Origin: an uncultured Bacilli bacterium
GTDB lineage: Bacteria > Bacillota_I > Bacilli_A > RF39 > UBA660
DNA length: 64,000 bases
Assembly: GCA_947628565.1 (NCBI GenBank)
Contig: CANRAH010000003.1
Location: 28,047-92,046 of the forward strand
Direction: 5' to 3'
The position numbers and the translations under genes are program-made. Below are positions 31,020 through 39,553 of the stretch, in pieces (position 1 is the first letter of the stretch; every line of letters starts with the position of its first letter). The notes below the pieces were generated by a model, which was given only the letters and a program-made list of their open reading frames with translations, searched no databases and was not told where the DNA came from.

Positions 31020-31520
31020 TTGACGTTAAGTCAATTTTTTGTTTACTATGGAAGTACTTTATAAGCAAAAAATAATAGAAATTAGTTTTAAAAGATAAAA
31101 GGGAACTTAATAAAAATGATAAAAATATAAAAAATGAGTTAAAAGGATTAAATTACATAAAATTTATGTTATACTATATTATAGTAGAGTTTAGTTAAAT
31201 GAGCATATACAAATATAGGTGCATAAAAATTAATTTTAAAGAATTAAAAAGTGAATATACAAATGTAGTAACTCAATTAACTGAACATAAAAGGTAAATT
31301 GAAGATCATATTTCTAGTTTTCAATAAACAGAAACATGAGAGAAAGGTTTATGAAATCTAATTGGACAAACAAGATAGTTGAAAAAGGCAAATTTAAATG
31401 TAATTTCTTCTAATGGTTTTGTAGATGTAATTTTACTTTCAATTTTTGTAGCATTCATTATTGAGTGGTTGTTGGAATTGGTTATATGTTGTTTAAAATT
31501 AGTATAGGATAGGGACAGTT

Positions 31521-34079
31521 ATGGAAGATAAAAGTTTTTTGTACTTAACGCAAGATGATATTATTGAAAAAATAAGTATTGATTCTCGCTTAATAGATTC
31601 ATTTAAAAGAGTAATGGCAAAACAACAAAAGTATTTTAATGCAAATGGTTATACTTCTCAAAGAAATTATAAAGAATTTTTTGAACAATATTTATTAAAA
31701 GATATGCCAGATAAATTACAAATTTTAATTAGTGATGAGCCATCTAAAAGTGGTGCTGATGGTTTTTATAGGCATAAAAAGGGAGTTTATGGAATTCATA
31801 TTGATAGCTCTTGCCTTACAAAACCAAATGAATATTTGGATGCAGTCTTATCTCATGAATTCATACATTTTTTGGTTATGAGAGGATTAGATAAAGTAGA
31901 ATATCCTGATCCTGAAATCAAAGAAGGTGGCTTTATAAATGAGGCAATTACAGAAATGTTAAATCAACAAATATACCCTAATAGTAGGGCATATATGCCA
32001 CAAGTTAATATGTTAAAATTTGCTAATTTATTGACTGACAAAGTTAATAATTATAGTTTGTTTTTGCAAGGAAAAGTGGATTCAAAAAGGGGAGCTTCAT
32101 CATGGAAAAATTTTGTTGAAGATGTTGCAAAATATCATCGTGAATGGGCAGATAAAGGATTTTTAATGAGCCAAGCTATTGTAGATCCAGATTATATATA
32201 TGCCCAGCGTCAATTGATTCAAGCTAATATTCATCTACATTTAATATCATCATTTGAAGAATATGATAAATATCTTTCTATTATAGAGCAAAGACCAGCT
32301 CCTGATATAGAATGGATAGAACATTTTAAGCAAGGAATGGCTAATGGATTATTAAATAAAATGAATATTCGTGATCCTATGAAGAGGACATTTTTAGAAA
32401 ATCAATTAAAAGAATATAGAACGTTACCTTTAAAATTAAAAGAATATGATGAACAAGATGTTATTGAATTTGAAATAGCAGGTCATAAGTTTGCTATTGA
32501 TAAAAATAGAAGAGTATTTAATACTGATAGAATATCATATCAAGCAACATGGAATCCAAATACTAATATGTATGAATTTAAAGTTGGTAATGAAGTTTTT
32601 AAAATTAATATGGCGACTGCTGATTTTTCTAAAAGAAGGGTTGATATTGAAAAAAGATTAAAAGATATACCACGTATTTTTTCAAAATCATTAAATCAAG
32701 ATTTTAATATATTAAATCAAAATATAAATACAAATGGACTAAAAAAAATAGAGCGATTTCAACTACCAAATTTAGAACAATCGGAAACACAAAATTATGT
32801 TTATGTGGCAACATATCAAGATCATATAGAAATATTGGGTTTACCAATAAAACTTGGTACTATGCAAAATGTTAATCATTCACAATATATTGGAATTACT
32901 TCAAAAACAAATGGGGCAATATATCAAAAAAAGTTGAGTCAGATAACAAATGGTATAGTTTTCTCAACATTAACAAAAGAGAATATAGATAAAAGAATGC
33001 AATCATATTTATATAAACAATATAAAAATAGTGTAACAGAAGAACAATTAAGTCAAATAATAGAACAATATAGAAGATCATCCGAATATGATCCAGAGGA
33101 AGAAAAAAATGTAAGTTCATTTAAAAACATAGCTATTGGATACTATATTAGATCAAAACATGCAAATTTAACTGAGGAAGAAAGAAAGAAGTTATATGAT
33201 GAAGTAATAGAAAATACTCCTCAATATATTGTTTCTATCAAAGATGGACAAATAGATATCTCTTTATTATTTGGAAAAGAATATATTACTGCTTTTAAAG
33301 GGTCATCAGAGGTAATTGTAGATACAAATTCAGATGCTTTATTTAATGAATATTTCTTCGAACTTCAAAAAGGAAAAAAATTATCTACTGAACCAGCAAA
33401 AGAAGGTAGTAATATTTTAATGGATCAAAATGGTAATATTATAATTCCAAAAGAAAGAGAAAAAAAACAAGAAATGGAAAAATCCTTACAAGAAAAATTA
33501 TCTGATATAAATAAACAAATAGAAGGATTAAGAGAACAATATGGTGTAGTAGCTACTCAAATGGAAAATTTAATGAAGATGAATCAACAAAATCCTATTC
33601 CAAATTATCAAGAGCAATTAGCAAATTTGCTTAGTAGACTAGATCAAATAGGTAGCAAAATATCTTCATTTATTGAATCAAAAAGAGTTTTAGAAGAAGA
33701 TATAAAAAGGCAAGAACAATTTAAACATAATAAAATTATTTCACAGGTTGAGAAAATGCTTTCAACTAGGATAACTTCTACTGCTGGATATGAATATGAT
33801 GATAGATTAAAAGAATTTAAGGCATTATCTAAGGATGTCTCTACTTTAATAAAGGAACAAGCAATAATTTTTCAACAATTAGAACAATTATACTATGCTG
33901 ATAGTATAGATTTAGAAACTTTGAATTCAATGAAAACTGAAGTTTTAAAGGAGTATAATGAAATGGTTGCAAAAGCGCCTAAGCAATCTCATCAACCACC
34001 AGTACGTGATGATTCTATTCATATGCAGCAACAAGAAATAATAGAACAGATTGAAGAAAATCATGGAAAGACAAGGTAA
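31521..34079 (+). CDS. large cytoplasmic or secretion-signal-less protein with N-terminal anthrax-lethal-factor-like (ATLF/M34-like) HExxH zincin domain and long C-terminal coiled-coil region
   Basis: GVYGIHIDSS...AVLSHEFIHFLV gives the HExxH motif. GGFINEAITEML lies 33 aa downstream and mirrors the lethal factor NEAEFFAE third ligand. The C-terminal roughly 400 aa is heptad-rich. No signal peptide. Confidence 0.45.
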   Translation: MEDKSFLYLTQDDIIEKISIDSRLIDSFKRVMAKQQKYFNANGYTSQRNYKEFFEQYLLKDMPDKLQILISDEPSKSGADGFYRHKKGVYGIHIDSSCLTKPNEYLDAVLSHEFIHFLVMRGLDKVEYPDPEIKEGGFINEAITEMLNQQIYPNSRAYMPQVNMLKFANLLTDKVNNYSLFLQGKVDSKRGASSWKNFVEDVAKYHREWADKGFLMSQAIVDPDYIYAQRQLIQANIHLHLISSFEEYDKYLSIIEQRPAPDIEWIEHFKQGMANGLLNKMNIRDPMKRTFLENQLKEYRTLPLKLKEYDEQDVIEFEIAGHKFAIDKNRRVFNTDRISYQATWNPNTNMYEFKVGNEVFKINMATADFSKRRVDIEKRLKDIPRIFSKSLNQDFNILNQNINTNGLKKIERFQLPNLEQSETQNYVYVATYQDHIEILGLPIKLGTMQNVNHSQYIGITSKTNGAIYQKKLSQITNGIVFSTLTKENIDKRMQSYLYKQYKNSVTEEQLSQIIEQYRRSSEYDPEEEKNVSSFKNIAIGYYIRSKHANLTEEERKKLYDEVIENTPQYIVSIKDGQIDISLLFGKEYITAFKGSSEVIVDTNSDALFNEYFFELQKGKKLSTEPAKEGSNILMDQNGNIIIPKEREKKQEMEKSLQEKLSDINKQIEGLREQYGVVATQMENLMKMNQQNPIPNYQEQLANLLSRLDQIGSKISSFIESKRVLEEDIKRQEQFKHNKIISQVEKMLSTRITSTAGYEYDDRLKEFKALSKDVSTLIKEQAIIFQQLEQLYYADSIDLETLNSMKTEVLKEYNEMVAKAPKQSHQPPVRDDSIHMQQQEIIEQIEENHGKTR

Positions 34080-34182
34080 GAAAGAAATTTAAAAATGAAT
34101 GATAGAGAAAAATTAATTGAAGAAACTTAAAAAAGAAGATGTTGCGGGTTAAAAAGAACTTAATGAGGAGAATAAAATTATT

Positions 34183-34947
34183 ATGGAAGAAAAATTTTTG
34201 AAAGTTATTGAAATGTTTAAAGAGAAAACTAAAAAAGATTGTTATAAAATAAGTATTGAAGAAGGTGAACCATCAATTTTAGATGATAAAATAGGTGGGA
34301 AGCCATATTTACCAATTGGTGAAGAATATCCAAAAGATAAAAATGGAGAACCATTGGCATTATTATTGCAAGTAAATCTAAAAAATATAGATTTAGAAGG
34401 TTATCCTAAAAAAGGGATATTAGAAATTTATACTGATAAAGATGTAGATTATCCTTGCCAATACGCTATTAAGTATTTCGAAGATGGACTAGAATATCAA
34501 ACCAATTTACCAAATGTAGATTTATCACATTACATAGTTAAAAATAGTTTAAAAATTAATTTAACAAAAGATGTTTGTTATATGTCTATCAATGATTATA
34601 GATTTCCTAAAATAATGTGTGATATAGTAAATAAAATTTATGAAACATCATTAAATAATTATGGAGATTTAGACGATTATTTTGGAGAATTTGCTTGGTA
34701 TGATAAACTTAATGATGGATATATAAATCATCCAATTACATTGGGAGGGTATCCAGATTTTACTCAACGAGATCCAAGATTTGATATGAACGAAAATAAA
34801 GATGAATGTCTATTTAAATTAGATTCTTGGGGAGGTTTTAAAACTTTTTCAATAGGAGATTCAGGAATCCTTTTTGTGTTAATATCCAAAAAGGATATTG
34901 AAAATTCTTCTTTTGAAAATGGTATAGTAGATTGGGATTGTTGTTAG
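34183..34947 (+). CDS. DUF1963 (YwqG-like) protein
   Basis: DDKIGGKPYLPIGEEYPKDKNGEPLALLLQVNL matches the DUF1963 N-terminal signature (SKIGGxPxLP...PLxFLxQINL). Confidence 0.55.
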   Translation: MEEKFLKVIEMFKEKTKKDCYKISIEEGEPSILDDKIGGKPYLPIGEEYPKDKNGEPLALLLQVNLKNIDLEGYPKKGILEIYTDKDVDYPCQYAIKYFEDGLEYQTNLPNVDLSHYIVKNSLKINLTKDVCYMSINDYRFPKIMCDIVNKIYETSLNNYGDLDDYFGEFAWYDKLNDGYINHPITLGGYPDFTQRDPRFDMNENKDECLFKLDSWGGFKTFSIGDSGILFVLISKKDIENSSFENGIVDWDCC

Positions 34948-35066
34948 GAATACAAAAAAAATAATTATTTTTAATTGTAAAAATATAAAAGTCTTAATTT
35001 TAAAGGCCTAATACTTAAAATGTATAAAGTACGCAACTTTATACACGAAAGGAGTAATGAAAAAAG

Positions 35067-36407
35067 ATGAAAGATAAGAAGGATAAAGGATTTACATTAA
35101 TAGAATTACTTGCTGTAATAGTGATACTAGCAATAATTGCACTTATTGCAGTGCCAATAGTATTAAATATAATAGGTAGCGCTAAAGAAAAAAGTGAAGA
35201 TTTAAGTAAGGAAAGATATTTGAAAGCTGTAGAACAAGCAATAATATTAGAAAATATAAATGGCCCATTTAATGAAAGAGAATGTGAAATAGAATATGAT
35301 GGGAATTTAAAATGTGGAGAGAAAAAATTATTAATAGTAGTAAATGGCATAAAACCATGTAGTGGTACAATAACATTTGATGAAGGTGGAAAAATCTTAA
35401 AAGAAACTTTGAATTATTGTAATGGTGAAAATAATTCTACAGTAGAAAAAAGTACACTAGTAGATGGGCCAACATTTAATTCAATAATTAGTGGATTAGA
35501 AATAAAACCAAAAATAATAGAATTTTTATCAAATGGAAGAGTACCAGATGGAATTAGTAAAGATGAACTATTATCCCTAGAAAAAATTGAAGGGCTATCA
35601 GAAGATGGAAGTATAATCGGATATGTAAAAGATGTAACAGAAGGAGAAAACACAACACGTACTTTATACATATATAGTGACAACTTAATTTCATTTAATA
35701 AAGATAGCTCTAGTATGTTTAATACTTTACCAGTTAGAGAAATAAAATTTAATGAAGTAAATACTAGTGAAGTAACTAATATGTCCAAAATGTTTTATTG
35801 GCATACAAATTTAGTTTCACTAGATTTAAGTAGTTTTGATACTCATAATGTAACCGATATGTCATATATGTTTTATGGACTTTGGTTTTTTATTTCTTGT
35901 AATAAATTAGAAAGTATAAATTTTGGTGAAAATTTTGATACATCAAAAGTAATAGATATGTCTTATATGTTTGGTTACGACACTATGTTAACTAATTTAG
36001 ATTTAAGTAAATTTAATACCAATAATGTAACAAATATGTCATATATGTTTTATCATTGTGAAAAATTGACATCATTAGATTTAGATACTTTTGATACATC
36101 AAAAGTAACCGATATGTCATATATGTTTTATGATTGTGGTGAATTAACATCGTTAAGTTTAAGTAGTTTTGATACTCATAATGTAACAAATATGTCTCAT
36201 ATGTTTTCTTCAAGTAGTAATCTTACCACACTAGATTTAACAAATTTTGATATATCAAATGTAGAAAATATCGGATACATTTTTTCTAGCACACCGGCTT
36301 TGACTCAAGTTTTAGTATCAAAAGATAAATGGGTATATAAAGATGGTATCGATACAACTACTATGTTTGATAGTTCTAATATTAGCAGTGTAACGTATAA
36401 AAATTAA
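35067..36407 (+). CDS. type IV prepilin-like protein fused to BspA-type/DUF285 leucine-rich repeats
   Basis: The N-terminus (KGFTLIELLAVIVILAIIALIAVPI) is a prepilin class III signal. The C-terminal half carries at least 7 tandem repeats of about 26 aa (TNMSYMFYxCxxLTSLDLSxFDTSxVTDMSYMF), the DUF285/BspA LRR pattern. Confidence 0.6.
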   Translation: MKDKKDKGFTLIELLAVIVILAIIALIAVPIVLNIIGSAKEKSEDLSKERYLKAVEQAIILENINGPFNERECEIEYDGNLKCGEKKLLIVVNGIKPCSGTITFDEGGKILKETLNYCNGENNSTVEKSTLVDGPTFNSIISGLEIKPKIIEFLSNGRVPDGISKDELLSLEKIEGLSEDGSIIGYVKDVTEGENTTRTLYIYSDNLISFNKDSSSMFNTLPVREIKFNEVNTSEVTNMSKMFYWHTNLVSLDLSSFDTHNVTDMSYMFYGLWFFISCNKLESINFGENFDTSKVIDMSYMFGYDTMLTNLDLSKFNTNNVTNMSYMFYHCEKLTSLDLDTFDTSKVTDMSYMFYDCGELTSLSLSSFDTHNVTNMSHMFSSSSNLTTLDLTNFDISNVENIGYIFSSTPALTQVLVSKDKWVYKDGIDTTTMFDSSNISSVTYKN

Positions 36408-36558
36408 GTATAAGAATTCAATGTCAAGTAGTGTTGGTGGAACCAAAAACTAACGATAAATAAGAGGACTAGGATAGTTCTCTTTTTCATGCTGTAATAG
36501 TTTTTTATGCCATATTGTAAAAAAATTTAATATATTATATAATAAAATAGGTGATGAT

Positions 36559-36927
36559 ATGAAAGAACAAGGTTTTACACTAATAGAGTTAATTGCAGTT
36601 GTAACAATTTTAGTAGCTATATTTTTAGTGGCATTTCCTTCAATTTTAAATCTTTCAACATCAAATGATGAATTAGATTATAATTCTATGGTAGATAGTT
36701 TATGTTTAGCAGGTGAATCTTATATTTATGATAACCCTGATTTATTTAATGAAAGTTTATCTATAGTTAATTTTGAGATAAATATACCTATATATGATTT
36801 GATAAGTAATGAATATGTTGATAAAAACATCATAAATAAAAAGACAAAAAAATTAATAAATACCGATACTCTTATATATACTGTTTTAGATGATAATTCT
36901 TTAGACTGTAAGTATAAAGAAGAATAA
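36559..36927 (+). CDS. prepilin-type N-terminal domain protein (minor pilin/pseudopilin-like)
   Basis: MKEQGFTLIELIAVVTILVAIFLVAFP, 122 aa. Followed by the hairpin terminator GCACATCActaTGATGTGCTTTT. Confidence 0.55.
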   Translation: MKEQGFTLIELIAVVTILVAIFLVAFPSILNLSTSNDELDYNSMVDSLCLAGESYIYDNPDLFNESLSIVNFEINIPIYDLISNEYVDKNIINKKTKKLINTDTLIYTVLDDNSLDCKYKEE

Positions 36928-37092
36928 ATATATAAATAAAATTAGGCACATCACTATGATGTGCTTTTAAAATATTTATAAATATTAATTAAAAAATCAT
37001 ATTTAAAATGAATAAGTAATATAAATTAAGTAATTAAAAATAGTATTATTGTGCATATATTAAATGCCAATTTTCATTAATTAATAAAAAAG

Positions 37093-37121
37093 ATTGACTA
37101 TTTCAAAAAAAAGTGATAGAA
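37093..37121 (+). promoter_or_regulatory. sigma-A type promoter for the acidic repeat protein gene
   Basis: TTGACT, a 17-nt spacer, then TAGAAT (extended TGaTAGAAT), about 30 nt upstream of a GGGGGA RBS. Coordinates are accurate to about 1 nt. Confidence 0.5.
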
Positions 37122-37151
37122 TACAGATGTTTTTCAAAGGGGGATACTATA

Positions 37152-39434
37152 ATGGAAGAAAAAGTATTAGAAATAATTAAAATTTATTTAGATAAAAAAG
37201 TTCAAATTGAGGATTTATTTAAAAGCAAAAAAAATTTGGATAATGACATTATAAAATTGCAAAAAGAAAAAGAAGCTCATGTTGAAGCGTTAAATTTGAA
37301 TCATGAAATATTGAATGAAAGTTTAGAAAAGGTAAAAAAAGCTTCATTAGAATTATATTCTGAAATAAAAGATAGTTTTATAGGATATTACGTTTCATTA
37401 CTTCAAAAAAATGATGAAGAAATCTCAAAAATTAATGAAGAATACGAAATAAAAATAAATGAAGCAAGAGCAACTCTTTTAGCAATAGAAGAAAGTGATT
37501 ATAAAAAAATTGAAGAATTTTCTAAAGTAAAAAAAGAATGCCTTGCAGCATTATTGCCAATTAAAAGTGAATTAACATTAGAAAATGAGCGTATATTAGA
37601 TTTATTTAATGAAAATGTTGTTAAACAAAGAAATTTAGGTCTTTCTAATAGTTCAGAAAATTATAAAAAATTGTTAGATGAAAATAAAATAATTTCTGAA
37701 AAGGCTTATAATGTAAGAAAATTAAGAAAAATGGTAGAAGAATATATATTAGAATTACAAAAATCTAATGAAGAGATATTTAAAGTAGAAACTGAGATAA
37801 AAACTGATAAAGAAATAGCTACTTTACCAACTGAAGTTATAATAGAAAATCAAACTGTTGGATTAGATGAAAGTTTAAATGTAGAAAAACCAGTTGAAGA
37901 AAAAGTTGAAGAAGCAAAAGAAGAACCAACTGAAGAAAAAGCTGAAGAAACAAAAGAAGAACCAACTGAAGAAAAAGTTGAAGAAATAAAAGAAGAACCA
38001 GTTGAAGAAAAAGCTGAAGAAATAAAAGAAGAACCAGTTGAAGAAAAAGCTGAAGAAATAAAAGAAGAACCAGTTGAAGAAAAAGCTGAAGAAACAAAAG
38101 AAGAACCAGTTGAAGAAAAAGCTGAAGAAATAAAAGAAGAACCAGTTGAAGAAAAAATTGAAGAAGTAAAAGAAGAATCAGTTGAAGAGACAACTGGAGA
38201 AGTAAAAGAAAACTTGGATGATGAAAAAGAAGAAATCAAGTTAGAAGAACCAATCGAAGAAGTAAAAGAAGAATCTTCTTCTGATACTGTAAGTACGATA
38301 TTACTTTATGATCCAGATTATGATAAGGCATCATTCCCAGAATATACACAAAATACACAAAAAGGTGGATCAATACTTTTAGAAGTTGATGATCCAGATT
38401 CTGAAGAAAAAGTTGAAGAAATAAAAGAAGAACCAGTTGAAGAAAAACAAAGTCTAGATTTAGATGAACTTCTAAAAGAATTATTTGGGAATGATAAATC
38501 AAAATCGCAAGAATCTAAAGAAAAAATTGAAGAAGAAAACGAAGAAGAAAGCAAAACAGATAGTTCAACTGAAGAAAATGAAGAAAAAGGCGAAGAAGGT
38601 AGTTTAACTGGAGAATTTTCAGCTGAAGAAAATGAAGAAGAAAGCAAAACAGATAGTTTAATTGGAGAATTTTCAGTTATAGATTCTGATGAAGATCATG
38701 CATTAATAGATGATGAAGTAGAAGAAGATCCTGAATTAGTATCACATGCAAATGGTGATTCTATACAAATAACTGAATTACCTAAAGTTTCATATCATTT
38801 TGCTTCAGGTGTTACTACTATTGATGATGAAAAGGCTTTACTACAATTAGTATATGAAAATATAATTGATTCAGATGCTTCAATTAGAAGATTAAGATTG
38901 GATGGAAGTAAAGAATATTTAAACGAATCTGAAAGATATATATATTATAAAGGACCAAATCAACAGTATAGATTGGCGGGTTCAGTAGATTTAGATCTAG
39001 AAACTAAAATTCAATTACCAAATGGAGAATATATAAATTTAGACGAGTTTATTGATGCTACTCAAAGATATATTAAAACTATTGAAGGACAAAAATTTAT
39101 AATCGAAAAAACTGATGAAGTATTTACAGTTGATATTAGTGGAATAGATACTTTAAAAGGCAGTTTAAAAAAATGTAGTTTAATTAATATATTAAAAGCA
39201 AAAAGATTCTTTAGCTCTAGTGAAAATAAAATTTATGGATTATCAAGAAAGAAAGTTTCAAAAAAGAGATCTAAAGGACAAATTAGTTACAGCACAACAA
39301 TTCCACAAGGAAGTTATGTTTCAAAAATAGAGACATTGCTTGCTTTGAAAAATATGTTAAAAAAATCATATATCGATGAAAATAGTAATGTTGATACTGA
39401 TGTTGAAGAAACTGAATATCAAAAAACTTTATAA
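37152..39434 (+). CDS. large acidic tandem-repeat protein (coiled-coil N-terminus, Glu/Lys repeat array, globular C-terminal domain)
   Basis: The start is at MEEKVLE after the GGGGGA RBS. Eight tandem 12-aa repeats (KEEPVEEKAEEI), a second degenerate repeat (EENEEESKTDS..GEFS) twice, no signal peptide, and a C-terminal roughly 250 aa that is not low-complexity. Confidence 0.55.
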   Translation: MEEKVLEIIKIYLDKKVQIEDLFKSKKNLDNDIIKLQKEKEAHVEALNLNHEILNESLEKVKKASLELYSEIKDSFIGYYVSLLQKNDEEISKINEEYEIKINEARATLLAIEESDYKKIEEFSKVKKECLAALLPIKSELTLENERILDLFNENVVKQRNLGLSNSSENYKKLLDENKIISEKAYNVRKLRKMVEEYILELQKSNEEIFKVETEIKTDKEIATLPTEVIIENQTVGLDESLNVEKPVEEKVEEAKEEPTEEKAEETKEEPTEEKVEEIKEEPVEEKAEEIKEEPVEEKAEEIKEEPVEEKAEETKEEPVEEKAEEIKEEPVEEKIEEVKEESVEETTGEVKENLDDEKEEIKLEEPIEEVKEESSSDTVSTILLYDPDYDKASFPEYTQNTQKGGSILLEVDDPDSEEKVEEIKEEPVEEKQSLDLDELLKELFGNDKSKSQESKEKIEEENEEESKTDSSTEENEEKGEEGSLTGEFSAEENEEESKTDSLIGEFSVIDSDEDHALIDDEVEEDPELVSHANGDSIQITELPKVSYHFASGVTTIDDEKALLQLVYENIIDSDASIRRLRLDGSKEYLNESERYIYYKGPNQQYRLAGSVDLDLETKIQLPNGEYINLDEFIDATQRYIKTIEGQKFIIEKTDEVFTVDISGIDTLKGSLKKCSLINILKAKRFFSSSENKIYGLSRKKVSKKRSKGQISYSTTIPQGSYVSKIETLLALKNMLKKSYIDENSNVDTDVEETEYQKTL
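37895..38200 (+). repeat. about 8 x 36-bp in-frame tandem repeat (aaagaagaaccagttgaagaaaaagctgaagaaata)
   Basis: Directly visible near-identical 36-bp units. A dispersed partial copy lies at about 38405-38450. Confidence 0.85.
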
Positions 39435-39468
39435 GAGGATATAAAATTATCCTCTTTTAATTTTCATA
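39434..39468 (+). terminator. rho-independent terminator
   Basis: AGAGGATAtaaaatTATCCTCT followed by TTTAATTTT. Confidence 0.6.
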
Positions 39469-39553
39469 AAATTTAAAAAAAACTTTACTAACATTTTTTC
39501 AGATGTTATAATTTATTTAAAGCATATAATTAAATAATTAAAAGAGGTGCCAT

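Noticed and set aside
36013-36213. 66-aa minus-strand ORF (MKKTYETYLLHYEYQ...) inside the DUF285 repeat region
   Set aside because: It is the antisense of the repeated TNMSYMFY-encoding units. The repetitive His/Tyr-rich translation is an artefact.
37895-38200. Tandem 36-bp repeats considered as a possible CRISPR array
   Set aside because: The units are contiguous with no spacers. They are in-frame coding sequence inside a long ORF, and no cas genes are nearby.
37837-38647. Four minus-strand ORFs (88-129 aa) overlapping the acidic repeat gene
   Set aside because: They are low-complexity Leu/Phe/Ser-rich translations of the antisense strand of the GAA/AAG-rich 36-bp repeats. They lack RBSs and are frame artefacts of the repeats.
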